A stretch of 64,000 nt of DNA from a candidate division WWE3 bacterium RIFCSPHIGHO2_02_FULL_38_14 (GTDB lineage Bacteria > Patescibacteriota > WWE3 > UBA101185 > UBA10185): contig MEVD01000015.1 in assembly GCA_001772865.1 (NCBI GenBank), positions 9,084 through 73,083 on the forward strand, in the 5' to 3' direction. This document shows positions 1-10,309 of the stretch, one piece after another; the stretch's first letter is position 1, and each line of letters opens with the position of its first letter. A program made the position numbers and the translations under genes. The notes below the pieces were generated by a model. The model made no database searches. It saw nothing but the letters and a program-made list of their open reading frames with translations, and was not told the DNA's origin.

Positions 1-1224
1 TAGCGGAAAACTCCCATTGCAAAAATATAACAATGAATATAGCCATAATTAAACAAAATATTGAGAGTTTATTTATTTTTATCTCTGCTGCAAAATTTCT
101 AATTATTAATATAAATAAACATATAAAAGACGGAATCAAATACCTGTCATAATAATCCGAGGAAAATAACAGAATAATAAAATTGGATACGCCTAAAATA
201 ATTAGAAACTGATTCACCGAATTCATGTTTTTAATTGATAAATTACTTTTATATCTCCGGATTCTCTCCAAAAAAAACACGATGAACTTTGTTATACAAA
301 ATGCCGTAAGTGTCACAAATAACGACTTGAATAATATATTATCAAATAGGCTGAAGGCCGATCTGAAATCTGATTTAGAATACAATTCCTCAAGATAAAA
401 TACATTTCCTACGGGATAGATATCAAAGTTATATAAATATATTAAAATAAAAATAAATATTGGGATCAATATGACCGTAATAAATTTGTTATCTAGTATT
501 TTTATATTTAATCCTGCTAAAACAGGAAATATAAATAAAGGAAAATAATGAAGGGAAAGCAATATAAACTTTATTCTTGTAATAAGTTGTTCATTTAATA
601 TTAATTTCCTATTTTCATTGAACCTTGGCCATAATAATGTAATTAATAAACTAAAAATTACTAAAGCCAACAACATTATTATTGAAATTGCAGAGAACCT
701 GTTTAGTTTCCCTCTTTTAACAATATCAAATAAAAGTACAAGAATAAGACTAAATCCAATTAAGGCGCCAATCTGCCGTATTAATATTGATACTAATACC
801 AAAATAGAACCTAGTATTAAATATAAAATTTTATTCTGATTCTGCAAAAACATTATGTAAAAATAAGTTGAACCTAGAAAAAACAATAAGTAATAATTCT
901 CGGTCATAAAAGTAAAAGCTGATACAAAAATAATAGGATTAAAAAAAAGTAATAAACTGAAAAATATAATAAATGGTTTTTTTACATTAAATTCTTTTAG
1001 AATTTGAATAAATACAAAAACAGCAATTATAGTGATTAAAAAGGTTAATATCTGGAGATTTACGAAACTTATACCGAATATTTTCCCCCACAGAAGTCCC
1101 AAAAAACCCTGTGCAATAAAAGAAGGGTCTAATTCTGCATTTAAAGTAAAAATACCCTGGCTAAAAGCTTCTACTTGACTTACAAATATCCAGTCATCAT
1201 TTACGGGATAGTTGCCAAACATAG
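1..1224 (-). CDS. Partial polytopic membrane protein, GT-C-fold (ArnT/PMT-like) glycosyltransferase candidate; start codon at 1224, runs off window start
   Basis: Manual reverse-complement translation from ATG at 1222-1224 gives a stop-free, highly hydrophobic ORF of more than 400 aa (MFGNYPVNDDWIFVSQVEAFSQGIF...). It is absent from the ORF track only because it is truncated by the window edge. Listed ORF 618..839(+) lies antisense inside it. Confidence 0.55.
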
Positions 1225-1286
1225 TTAAATAGTATCAGACTATATTAACCTTGATAATAATTACAAAATAAGATAAACTACCGTTC

Positions 1287-1463
1287 ATGGCAAAGAAAAA
1301 AGGAAACAGAATATTAATAGCTTTGGAATGTACCGAGACTGGTATGAGATCTTATATTACAACTAAAAACAAAATAAACTCTTCAGAAAAACTTCAGCTG
1401 AAAAAGTTTAATCCTAAACTTAGAAGACATACTCTTCATAAAGAAGTTCAAAAGCTTAAATAA
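1287..1463 (+). CDS. rpmG: 50S ribosomal protein L33
   Basis: 58-aa [61 protein letters not shown] matches the L33 family pattern (Cys-containing zinc-ribbon variant, TTKNK motif). Below the ORF-track size cutoff. Confidence 0.75.
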   Translation: MAKKKGNRILIALECTETGMRSYITTKNKINSSEKLQLKKFNPKLRRHTLHKEVQKLK

Positions 1464-1526
1464 ACTAATTAAATTTTATCTATAAATTTGAAAACACGAA
1501 CTAAATAGTAGTATATTTATTGGGAT

Positions 1527-2840
1527 ATGCCGGAAACTTTAAAAATTACAGGCGGAACGAGACTTCAAGGAGAAGTTACACCAGTTCCCAATAAAAATGC
1601 TATTTTGTCGGCATTTCCAGCCAGCCTTTTAACTGATCAAACTGTAACCTACCACAATATCCCGGCTACTACAGATGTTAAAAAGTTTTTAGAAATATTA
1701 AGTCTTTTAGGTGCCGATATAGATGATTCCGATTATACAAACTTAAAAATCAACACTAAAAATATCAATTCCTACAAAGTTGACCTTGAATTGGGCAATC
1801 AAATTAGAGCGTCTATTATGCTCGCCGGCCCTTTGCTAGCAAGATTTGGTATAGCCGAAATTCCAACACCGGGAGGGTGTGTTTTAGGCAAAAGGTCAAT
1901 TATGGCTCATATTGACACTTTTTCAAAAGCTGGAATTAAATTTGAAATGATAGATGGATACGCCAGATTTACTGTACCTAAAAATTTAAAAGGCAAATAT
2001 GATATTTGGCAGTTTGAAGCCAGTGTAACCGGAACAGAAAATATTTTCTTATATTCAGCCGGAACCGAATCAGAATTTTGCATTACCGACGCGGCATCTG
2101 AACCTCATGTAAGTCAATTATTAAAAACTCTTCAAAACATGGGCGCAGAAATAGAAGGAATCGGATCAAACAAAGTAACTTTAAAAGGCAAAAAGAATTT
2201 AAAAAATTTTGAATTTTTCCCCGAACCGGATTTTGTAGATATTGGTGGACTTATTGTCGCTACAGCTGTTACAAAAGGAAAAGTCAGAATATTAAATGCA
2301 AATATTGAATCTGTAATCGGAGGTATGGTACAGGTTTTTGAAAAGTTTAATATAGAAATAATAAAAGACGGAAACGACTTAATAGTTAACGGAGATAAAG
2401 ATTTATACATAGATAAAGTTAACTCAGGTTTTGCAATGGCTGAAGACGATCTACCAAAACTAGTACCTAGACCATGGCCGGGTTTTCCAATAGATGTACT
2501 GCCTGTTATGGTTACCCTTGCCTGTAAAACAAAAGGCCAATTGTTGATTCAAAACTGGATGTATGAAACGGGGTTGGATTTTGTAAGAGAATTAAATGCA
2601 CTTGGCGGAAATATTTTCGTCGCAGATCCACAAAGAATAATTGTGAAAGGTCCGGTGTCGTTTTCCGGAGGAAATATTACATCTCCGGGTGTTATTCAAT
2701 CCTGCAAAGCTTTGTTTATAGCCACGTTGGCTGATAATGTTGAATCTACTATAACGGGTGTGGATATTTTAAAAAGAAGATATCCTGATATTTTTGAGGT
2801 TTATACAAAGCTTGGGGCAAAACTTGAGAAAATTAATTGA
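1527..2840 (+). CDS. murA: UDP-N-acetylglucosamine 1-carboxyvinyltransferase
   Basis: 437 aa. N-terminus ITGG..L.G.V...G.KNA and the internal EPSP-synthase-fold signature match MurA. TGA stop. Confidence 0.9.
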   Translation: MPETLKITGGTRLQGEVTPVPNKNAILSAFPASLLTDQTVTYHNIPATTDVKKFLEILSLLGADIDDSDYTNLKINTKNINSYKVDLELGNQIRASIMLAGPLLARFGIAEIPTPGGCVLGKRSIMAHIDTFSKAGIKFEMIDGYARFTVPKNLKGKYDIWQFEASVTGTENIFLYSAGTESEFCITDAASEPHVSQLLKTLQNMGAEIEGIGSNKVTLKGKKNLKNFEFFPEPDFVDIGGLIVATAVTKGKVRILNANIESVIGGMVQVFEKFNIEIIKDGNDLIVNGDKDLYIDKVNSGFAMAEDDLPKLVPRPWPGFPIDVLPVMVTLACKTKGQLLIQNWMYETGLDFVRELNALGGNIFVADPQRIIVKGPVSFSGGNITSPGVIQSCKALFIATLADNVESTITGVDILKRRYPDIFEVYTKLGAKLEKIN

Positions 2841-2871
2841 CAGAAAATTTATAGTCCGTTATCTTTAACCA

Positions 2872-3654
2872 ATGGAAACTCTAAAAAGAATTTTAGCAAA
2901 CAACATTTTTTTAAATAATTTCGTGTCCGTGTTTTTGATTTTATTATTGATCGTATTCAGTTTTGCGCTGGGAGTTTTTTGGACTAAGAGCAAATCTTTT
3001 GAAGAATATTTTAAAAACAACGGAGGTTCTCTTGCTGCCAACAATCCTAACAACCCCTCCGGTACAGGTACAGTCGATAACGGTGGGGGTATAGAGCCTA
3101 CAATTAATGTGGTAGAAATGGCTGCCAGTACAGGAGTTGACAGAAGTAAAGTTGAATCTTGTATTAATTCCGGAGAAGCGGCAAAAGATGTTGATGAAGA
3201 TTATCAGTCGGGGGTTAAGGCTGGTGTAACGGGAACACCTGGTAATTTCGTGCTAAATTTAAAAACTAATGAATATGTGCAGTTAAGGGGTGCAGTTCCT
3301 TATACTGAAGTTAAAAAAGCTATAGACGGCATGTTGGCCGGAACCGCCACAGATAGGGTTTTAAATACTAGTTTGGATAAACCATCCGATAAAGACAAGG
3401 TTAAAGGCAACAGAAATGCACAAGTCGCACTAATTGAATATTCAGACTACGAATGTCCGTTCTGTAAAAGGTTCCACCCTACAGTTAAACAGGCTTTAAA
3501 TGAATATGGAGACAAGATGATGTATGTATTAAGACAATTCCCTTTAAGTCAAATACATCCCAGCGCTCAAAAATTAGCTGAAGCCAGCGAATGTGTATAT
3601 AAGCTTGGCGGTGATGAAAAATTCTGGGCTTTTACCGATAAAGCGTTTGAATAA
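2872..3654 (+). CDS. Membrane-anchored DsbA-like thioredoxin-fold protein, circularly permuted relative to paralog 42848..43642
   Basis: N-terminal TM segment, then a segment homologous to the C-terminal half of the paralog (EDYQSGVKAGVTGTPGNFVL, the cis-Pro region), then a segment homologous to its N-terminal half (ALIEYSDYECPFCKRFHPT). Ends at FTDKAFE with no room before rsmI. Confidence 0.65.
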   Translation: METLKRILANNIFLNNFVSVFLILLLIVFSFALGVFWTKSKSFEEYFKNNGGSLAANNPNNPSGTGTVDNGGGIEPTINVVEMAASTGVDRSKVESCINSGEAAKDVDEDYQSGVKAGVTGTPGNFVLNLKTNEYVQLRGAVPYTEVKKAIDGMLAGTATDRVLNTSLDKPSDKDKVKGNRNAQVALIEYSDYECPFCKRFHPTVKQALNEYGDKMMYVLRQFPLSQIHPSAQKLAEASECVYKLGGDEKFWAFTDKAFE

Positions 3655-3692
3655 TACTATTTTAACTTGATATATCGTGATATTATGATTAA

Positions 3693-4391
3693 ATGGCTAC
3701 CGGTTCGCTATTTATAATTTCCGGTCCTATAGGAAATCTGGAAGATATAACTTTAAGGGCTATATCTACATTAAAAACATTAGATTACCTGTTGTCGGAA
3801 GATACAAGAGAAACAGATAAAATACTTTCAAAATTCGGCCTAAAAATACCACAAATTTCTTACCGGGACGAAATTCACCTGAAAATATACCCTAAAGTAG
3901 TTGAAATGCTTGAAAACGGTAAAAATATCGGATTTATGACAGACTCAGGGACACCATTAATTTCGGACCCCGGTTACAAGCTTGTTTATCAATTGAGGAA
4001 TTCCAGCTATAAAATAGTATCTATACCGGGCCCCTCATCGGTTGTTGCTGCTTTAAGTATTAGCGGTCTCCCTTCCGACAAATTTATATTTATAGGTTTT
4101 CTTCCAAAAAAAGAAAACCAAAGAAAAGAAATACTATTTAAATACGGTGCTTTGGATGCTACATTGACAATTTTTGAGTCACCCTATAGGATAGTTAGAT
4201 TAATTTCCGAAGTCAAAGAAACACTGGGAAACCGCAGAATTTGTGTTGTTAAGGACTTAACTAAAGCTTTTGAGACAGTCTTAACTGGTAAAATCATTGA
4301 TATTGAAAATGAATTAAAGATTTTGCCTCAAAAGGGAGAATACATACTGTTAATTGCTAAAGAAGATATAAAAGTAAATAGAAAAGCGTGA
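3693..4391 (+). CDS. rsmI: 16S rRNA (cytidine1402-2'-O)-methyltransferase
   Basis: 232 aa tetrapyrrole-methylase-fold protein. LFIISGPIGNLEDITLRA...LLSEDTRET is the typical RsmI N-terminus. Confidence 0.8.
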   Translation: MATGSLFIISGPIGNLEDITLRAISTLKTLDYLLSEDTRETDKILSKFGLKIPQISYRDEIHLKIYPKVVEMLENGKNIGFMTDSGTPLISDPGYKLVYQLRNSSYKIVSIPGPSSVVAALSISGLPSDKFIFIGFLPKKENQRKEILFKYGALDATLTIFESPYRIVRLISEVKETLGNRRICVVKDLTKAFETVLTGKIIDIENELKILPQKGEYILLIAKEDIKVNRKA

Positions 4392-6460
4392 AAAATATGG
4401 AGCAAAAAATACTGAAAGAAGAAAATGAACACTTAAAAGATACGGTTGATAGGCTGATTAATGCTAAAGAAAAGCTTGACCAGAGCATGCTGGCTATGGG
4501 CAAAGAAAATCTGGAAATGCTTAAAGACTTAAGAGCAGATCCGGAAACAAACGGAGCAGATTTTTTCTTTTTTTTAGAATCACTACACGAAAAAAACTTA
4601 GCATTCAATTTTAAAGATAAATACAAAAAAGTAGAAGAGCTTGATTCACTAATGAAAGAACCATATTTTGCCCGTATTGACCTTAGAGATTTAACTAACT
4701 CGGAGAAAGAAATTTTTTATATAGGAAAGTTCGGTTATACAGAAGACAAACCAATTGTTACAGATTGGAGAGCAAAAGTCGCGTCGGTATATTACAGATA
4801 CAGGTTTCCCCAAAACAACATAAATTATGAAACTCCCGAAGGAAAAGTACTAAGAGATCTGCTTTTAAAAAGAACATTTGAAATAGACAACGGATCACTT
4901 ATTAAATATTACAATAACGATATTCAATTGGATGAAAAAGAAATTATCACGGAAAAAATTTCAAAAAGAACTGGTGGAGTCCTGGAAGACATTGTTGAAA
5001 CCATTCAGGAATCGCAGCTTGATATAATAGAAGCCGATCCCAGACAAATCTGCATTGTTCAAGGCTGTGTTGGAAGCGGCAAAAGCACAGTGGCAATTCA
5101 CAAACTATCGCATATATTTTTCAATTTTCCGAATGTAATTCATCCGGAGAGAGCAATTCTTATTGCCAAAAACCAAATTCTCGTAGGATATCTTTCCACT
5201 TTATTTCCCAAACTGGGGATATTTGATATTAATTACAAATCACTTCGGGAATTAATTTACACGATTGTAATTAGAGAAGATTTAAAATTAAATATCGATT
5301 TTGACACAAAAACGAATTTATCTGTTTTTGATTTAACTGAAATCCGAAAACTTGAACAAAAACTTGACAATATACATAAAGATTATGAAGACCAGCTAAT
5401 TAACCTTATTTCAGACGATGAATATTCAAGTTATGTAAGCTATAAGTACAACAGGAAGATTCCCGTATATGAAAACTACTCTGAAGTTATTGACGATCTT
5501 GAAGAAGAAATAAAAATGGAATCAGATTTTATAAAGGAGAATCCTGGATCTGCAAGAGAGTGGCTGTATAAAGAGAATATAAAAACAATTAAAAAACTAA
5601 ACTCCCATCTTAAAAGGATAAGAATAAATATAAAAGAAAAGACCTTAGCAGAATTATCAAAAGAAATGAACCTTCCTTTTCAAGATAAAATGGGATATCT
5701 GGATACTTTAATCTATCTATTCATATATGCTGATCTTGCAGGATTTTCAAAAATGTCAAAATATGAATATTGTGTGGTAGATGAGGGACAAGACTTTGGT
5801 CTTTTAGAATATCATATCCTGGGTAAACTTGTCTTAAACGGGAGATTGTGTATTTTGGGAGATTTAAACCAATCATACAGCAACGAGGGGTTGGTAAATT
5901 GGTCCGAAATATCGGAAGTAATAAAAGACGCCAGAAATGCCCAAACATTTACCTTAGATACAAATTATAGAAGCACAAAGCCAATTATAGATTTGGCAAA
6001 TAAAATTATATCGCCATATACAAATAACTATCTGCCTAAATCTATTAATAGAAAAGGCAATGAGCCAAGTATAATAATTACTGAAACTTATGAGAATCAG
6101 ATAAGTTTATTTAAAGATCAGATAAATGAGGATTTAAAAAAGCTGGATAAAAGTGTAGGAGTTATCTGTTTTGATCCTGAAACATTTGAAAATGCGCAGA
6201 AAATTATTAAAAATAAAAAAATAAATACTGAAAGGGTAATAACATTAAACAGTAAAGAAAAAATATCATATATTCCGAAAGGATTATACTTAACTATGTT
6301 TGAAGACTGCAAAGGTCTGGAATTTGCAAAAGTTTACGTTTTGGATTTGAATTTAAACAGAATTGACTCATTTAAGAATGCCAAAAAAGCATTTATAGCA
6401 GTGACTAGAGCTATGAATGATCTTATAATAATATCTAATAATGAACGTCCAGGTATTTAA
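4388..6460 (+). CDS. UvrD/Rep-superfamily DNA helicase with N-terminal coiled-coil domain (HelD-like)
   Basis: 690 aa. Walker A GCVGSGKST, motif II VVDEGQDF, C-terminal UvrD-like helicase domain. Start overlaps the rsmI stop. Confidence 0.7.
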   Translation: MKNMEQKILKEENEHLKDTVDRLINAKEKLDQSMLAMGKENLEMLKDLRADPETNGADFFFFLESLHEKNLAFNFKDKYKKVEELDSLMKEPYFARIDLRDLTNSEKEIFYIGKFGYTEDKPIVTDWRAKVASVYYRYRFPQNNINYETPEGKVLRDLLLKRTFEIDNGSLIKYYNNDIQLDEKEIITEKISKRTGGVLEDIVETIQESQLDIIEADPRQICIVQGCVGSGKSTVAIHKLSHIFFNFPNVIHPERAILIAKNQILVGYLSTLFPKLGIFDINYKSLRELIYTIVIREDLKLNIDFDTKTNLSVFDLTEIRKLEQKLDNIHKDYEDQLINLISDDEYSSYVSYKYNRKIPVYENYSEVIDDLEEEIKMESDFIKENPGSAREWLYKENIKTIKKLNSHLKRIRINIKEKTLAELSKEMNLPFQDKMGYLDTLIYLFIYADLAGFSKMSKYEYCVVDEGQDFGLLEYHILGKLVLNGRLCILGDLNQSYSNEGLVNWSEISEVIKDARNAQTFTLDTNYRSTKPIIDLANKIISPYTNNYLPKSINRKGNEPSIIITETYENQISLFKDQINEDLKKLDKSVGVICFDPETFENAQKIIKNKKINTERVITLNSKEKISYIPKGLYLTMFEDCKGLEFAKVYVLDLNLNRIDSFKNAKKAFIAVTRAMNDLIIISNNERPGI

Positions 6461-7952
6461 AAAAAGAGATACTATATTTACTCTTATACTTTTATTTTCT
6501 TCTTTTATTCTGAGGATGGTTAATCTCGGTTACTCAGATTATCAGGGGGACGAGATAAAAGCACTATTCTTACCGGATCAAGGTCAAAATATTTCCGCCT
6601 TTCTACTTGATCAAAGAAAAGGACCGGTACAATTTATAGTTACTTTTTTTATTAAGTTTATTAATCCTGATTATTCAAATGAATTTTTAACACGCCTTCC
6701 TTTTGCTTTAGCAGGGATTTTTGCTGTTTTAGTGTTTTATAAATTTCTAAAGCTTCATTTTAAAGATGAGGTTGCCTTTTTTGCCAGCTTTTTTTTAAGT
6801 ACCAATGGTTTTCTGATAGCATTTTCCAGAATAGTTCAGTACCAGTCTTTTGTGATACTTTTCATGCTTTTGTCTTTGTATTTTTTCAGTCTAGCGCTAA
6901 AAAACGATAATTGGCGACCAAAAGGAGTTTATTTTGGAATTATCAGCTGGGCTGTTTCTATCCTTTCCCACTATGACGGGATTTTTATATTTCCTTTTGT
7001 TTTCTTCCTTTTTTTTAAATTAATTAAAACTGCACCAAATATTAAAAAACATTTATTATTTTCTTTTTTAACTTTCACATTATTGATTTCGGTATTTTAT
7101 ATTCCGTTTATATTTTCTATCAGCCAAAGCACATTGGAATACTGGACAAACAGATTATCAGGAGGCAGTGAAAAGATTTCAAGCTCCAAATATTTATTTA
7201 CAGTCTATCATCCGATTTATACAATTCACATTTATACATTGTTGGCAGCATTGGGATTTTCAAGATTTGTATTTGAAAAAATCAGGAAGCGAATTTTAAT
7301 GGACGAAACATTTTTCATTTTATTGTGGTTATTGGTCACTGTGGTGTTTTTGGAAATCATTGTAAATATACCGGGAACACATATTTTTACGTATCTTATT
7401 CCTTTGAGTTTTTTTATAGGGTATGGTATTAAAACAATTAAAGATTTAATTTTTTGGTTTATAAAACATTATGTTGCTAATTTAGTTACTTATTTCGGTA
7501 TTTTAATAGTTTTCTCGTTTTTATTTTTACAGTCTTACGCGGTTTTTGTAGATCATTCAAACGAGTACCCCTGGGAAGGTGAAAAATTCTTAATCTGGGA
7601 ATTCCCAAAACCCACACCTATATTTCATTTGAGTATGTTCGGATTTCCTTATAATAGAAATTGGGAGGAAATAAGAGATATAATAATTTCTTCTCAAAAC
7701 AACGGATATTATTCTACAAATGAAAGAGAGAGCATTTCTAGATATTATATTCCATTAAATAAAAGTTCAGAAAAAGCCGGATATTTTGTATTAATAAGAA
7801 ACCCGCAAAGTTTTAATGAAACTGTAACTAACTTAAGAGTTAAAACGTGGATAGATAATAACCTTCCGGTTTTTACAGTGTCAAAAAGCGGAAAAAATAT
7901 TGTTGAAATCTATTATATTCCTGATAATTTTATATTAACCTCTCAGATTTAA
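6441..7952 (+). CDS. GT-C-fold membrane glycosyltransferase (GT39/GT83 ArnT/PMT family)
   Basis: 503 aa polytopic membrane protein. First extracytoplasmic loop carries YQGDEIKA (the DE motif of ArnT/PMT-family enzymes). Confidence 0.6.
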   Translation: MNVQVFKKRDTIFTLILLFSSFILRMVNLGYSDYQGDEIKALFLPDQGQNISAFLLDQRKGPVQFIVTFFIKFINPDYSNEFLTRLPFALAGIFAVLVFYKFLKLHFKDEVAFFASFFLSTNGFLIAFSRIVQYQSFVILFMLLSLYFFSLALKNDNWRPKGVYFGIISWAVSILSHYDGIFIFPFVFFLFFKLIKTAPNIKKHLLFSFLTFTLLISVFYIPFIFSISQSTLEYWTNRLSGGSEKISSSKYLFTVYHPIYTIHIYTLLAALGFSRFVFEKIRKRILMDETFFILLWLLVTVVFLEIIVNIPGTHIFTYLIPLSFFIGYGIKTIKDLIFWFIKHYVANLVTYFGILIVFSFLFLQSYAVFVDHSNEYPWEGEKFLIWEFPKPTPIFHLSMFGFPYNRNWEEIRDIIISSQNNGYYSTNERESISRYYIPLNKSSEKAGYFVLIRNPQSFNETVTNLRVKTWIDNNLPVFTVSKSGKNIVEIYYIPDNFILTSQI

Positions 7953-7968
7953 TACTTTATAATTTTTG

Positions 7969-8343
7969 TTAAAAAATATAATTCCAAATTATAAGAAGAA
8001 AAACCAACAACGTAGTTATGGAAGCAGTTAGTACAAATGCCGCTGAAAGATCTTTTATTACTCTAACACCTTCGTGATGCTCTTTTACTAAATGATCAAT
8101 AAATTCCTCAATTGCCGTATTCATGATTTCAGCCGACAATAAAAATCCCAAAGCCAAAACTAAAACTGCCCACTCATATAACTTAATATTAAACAAAAGT
8201 CCCATTGAGACAAAAAATGATGCAACAACTACCTCAACTCTGAAATTTGCTTCATTCATTAACGCATGAATCAATCCTTTGAATGCGTATTTAAAACTAT
8301 TCATATGCCTTGCCGGGTGGTGGGACTTTAACAAAGGATCCAT
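7969..8343 (-). CDS. dgkA: Diacylglycerol kinase / undecaprenol kinase family
   Basis: 124 aa. ...ANFRVEVVVA....EIMNTAIEEFIDHL...HHEGVRVIKDLSAA aligns closely with E. coli DgkA. Confidence 0.8.
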   Translation of the reverse strand: MDPLLKSHHPARHMNSFKYAFKGLIHALMNEANFRVEVVVASFFVSMGLLFNIKLYEWAVLVLALGFLLSAEIMNTAIEEFIDHLVKEHHEGVRVIKDLSAAFVLTASITTLLVFLLIIWNYIF

Positions 8344-8392
8344 ATACTTAAATATAAACCTTTTATCTTAAATTTGCCATAATAATTACGCA

Positions 8393-9601
8393 GTGCTAGT
8401 ATCAAAAACTGAAATGATGAAAGTAGTGAACTTTGCAAAAAAACACAAGAAACTTTTAATTACATTGGCGGTAATAATAATATTAATATTAAGTACTCAA
8501 AGAAGAAGCAACAGCGTTAAACCTGTTCAGGTAGATCAGGTTAAATACAGGGAAGTTATAAAAAACATTACCGCTACAGGAGAAACTACCGTTAAAAAAG
8601 AATATTCTATCAGAGCTCCAGTTGGGGCTAAAATCCTGCAAATAATGAATTACAGCGGGGATGCTATTAATAAAGGCGATATAATTATAAAACTTGACGA
8701 ATCAAGCTTAAAATCATCAACCGAAACGGCATTCGCAGCTTACTTAACAGCAAAAGCTGCGGTAGATTCTTATGATGAACAGGTAGATTCTGCTAAAAGG
8801 AGTGCAGTTGATAAAAAACTTGTCCGGGATGAAGCTTGGAGGGAATATATGGCTGATAACGGAGAAGATAATAAACAAACATACAAAAATGCCGAAGCCA
8901 CTTATAAATCGGCAGTTTCCACACTTCAAACACTTTTAGACAAAAAGCAGTCATTAACCGAGACCCAAAATTCAACTTATTCCTCTTATCTTGTTTCGTG
9001 GAATAACTTAAACAATTCTCAAATAATGGCTCCCGAAAACGGTCTGCTTGCTTTAGAAGATCTTAATGCAGGAGACTTGCTGACTACAGGTGATAAGTTA
9101 TTCAGCATAGTTAGTGAAACCGGCATGGAATTTATAGCAGAAGTTGATGAAAATGATATTGACAGTATACAAATTAATAAGCCGGCAAATATAATCATTG
9201 ACGGATACGTAAATGACAAATTTGAAGGAACAATAACAAGAATAGACGCTCAGACACAAATAACAGACACAGGAAGCACAATCGTTGAGGTAGGAATCAA
9301 TTTAAATTTAAAAGGCAAAAGACCAATCCTTGGACTAAGCGGATCCGCGGATATTGAAGTAGGAAGAGAATCAGAAAAACTCTCAATACCTTATGATTCA
9401 ATAATATTTGACGAAGAAAAGAACTACGTATTTGTAGTTTTCGAGGATAAAGTTAAAAAACAAGAAGTGGAAATAGGTTTTGAGGGAAATGATTTTGTGG
9501 TTGTCCTGAAAGGTGTTAAAGAAGGTGATACTGTAGTTGTAGGAAAAGAAACTGAGGAACTTCAAGATGGATCAAAAGTCTCCTATTTTAAAACTGAATA
9601 A
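8393..9601 (+). CDS. Efflux pump periplasmic adaptor (HlyD/MacA family)
   Basis: 402 aa. N-terminal TM, long coiled-coil region, C-terminal beta-barrel/lipoyl-like segments. Immediately upstream of the ABC ATPase and permease. Confidence 0.7.
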   Translation: MLVSKTEMMKVVNFAKKHKKLLITLAVIIILILSTQRRSNSVKPVQVDQVKYREVIKNITATGETTVKKEYSIRAPVGAKILQIMNYSGDAINKGDIIIKLDESSLKSSTETAFAAYLTAKAAVDSYDEQVDSAKRSAVDKKLVRDEAWREYMADNGEDNKQTYKNAEATYKSAVSTLQTLLDKKQSLTETQNSTYSSYLVSWNNLNNSQIMAPENGLLALEDLNAGDLLTTGDKLFSIVSETGMEFIAEVDENDIDSIQINKPANIIIDGYVNDKFEGTITRIDAQTQITDTGSTIVEVGINLNLKGKRPILGLSGSADIEVGRESEKLSIPYDSIIFDEEKNYVFVVFEDKVKKQEVEIGFEGNDFVVVLKGVKEGDTVVVGKETEELQDGSKVSYFKTE

Positions 9602-10304
9602 TATACATAAACATTATCAAATGGGTGACAGCGATATTAGAGCTGTTGACGGAATAACCTTAGATATTTATAGAGGAGAATTTATTAGTATTCTGGGAAA
9701 ATCCGGATCAGGAAAATCAACTTTAATGCATATAATCGGTTTATTGGACCACCCAACAGAAGGCACCGTTAAATTTGAAGACAGAATTATGAGTGAATTA
9801 AAAGACCACGAATTGGCTGTTCTCAGAAGCGAAAAAATAGGTTTTGTATTCCAGGCATTTAATTTACTTCCAAGAACTTCTGCTTTAGACAACGTGATCC
9901 TTCCCACTCTATATAATAAATATATTTCCAAAAGACAGGGCATCAAAAAAGCAAACGAACTGCTTGAAAAAGTAAGCATGAAAGACAGAATAAAAAATAC
10001 TCCTGGACAGCTTTCGGGAGGACAACAGCAAAGAGTGGCAATATGCAGAGCTTTAGTGAACGACCCTTCATTAATTCTGGCAGATGAACCTACTGGTAAT
10101 TTGGATTCAAAATCTGGTCTGGAAATACTGAACTTATTACACAGTCTTCATGAAGTAGGAAAAACAGTAATAATAGTTACTCACGACGTAAACATATCCT
10201 CTATTACCGACAGAGTAATTAAATTGAGCGACGGTAAGGTTTTTGAAGATAAATGGCAGAAGCACGACGGAGAAGATTATTTAAATAATATGGAGATATT
10301 CTAA
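9567..10304 (+). CDS. ABC transporter ATP-binding protein (MacB/LolD-type)
   Basis: Walker A GKSGSGKST, ABC signature LSGGQQQRVA, Walker B LILADEPTGNLD, H-loop VTHD. Confidence 0.85.
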   Translation: MDQKSPILKLNNIHKHYQMGDSDIRAVDGITLDIYRGEFISILGKSGSGKSTLMHIIGLLDHPTEGTVKFEDRIMSELKDHELAVLRSEKIGFVFQAFNLLPRTSALDNVILPTLYNKYISKRQGIKKANELLEKVSMKDRIKNTPGQLSGGQQQRVAICRALVNDPSLILADEPTGNLDSKSGLEILNLLHSLHEVGKTVIIVTHDVNISSITDRVIKLSDGKVFEDKWQKHDGEDYLNNMEIF

Positions 10305-10309
10305 TTATT

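Noticed and set aside
618-839. Listed 73-aa ORF on the plus strand
   Set aside because: It lies antisense within the stop-free, hydrophobic minus-strand gene translated manually across 1..1224, so it is most likely spurious.
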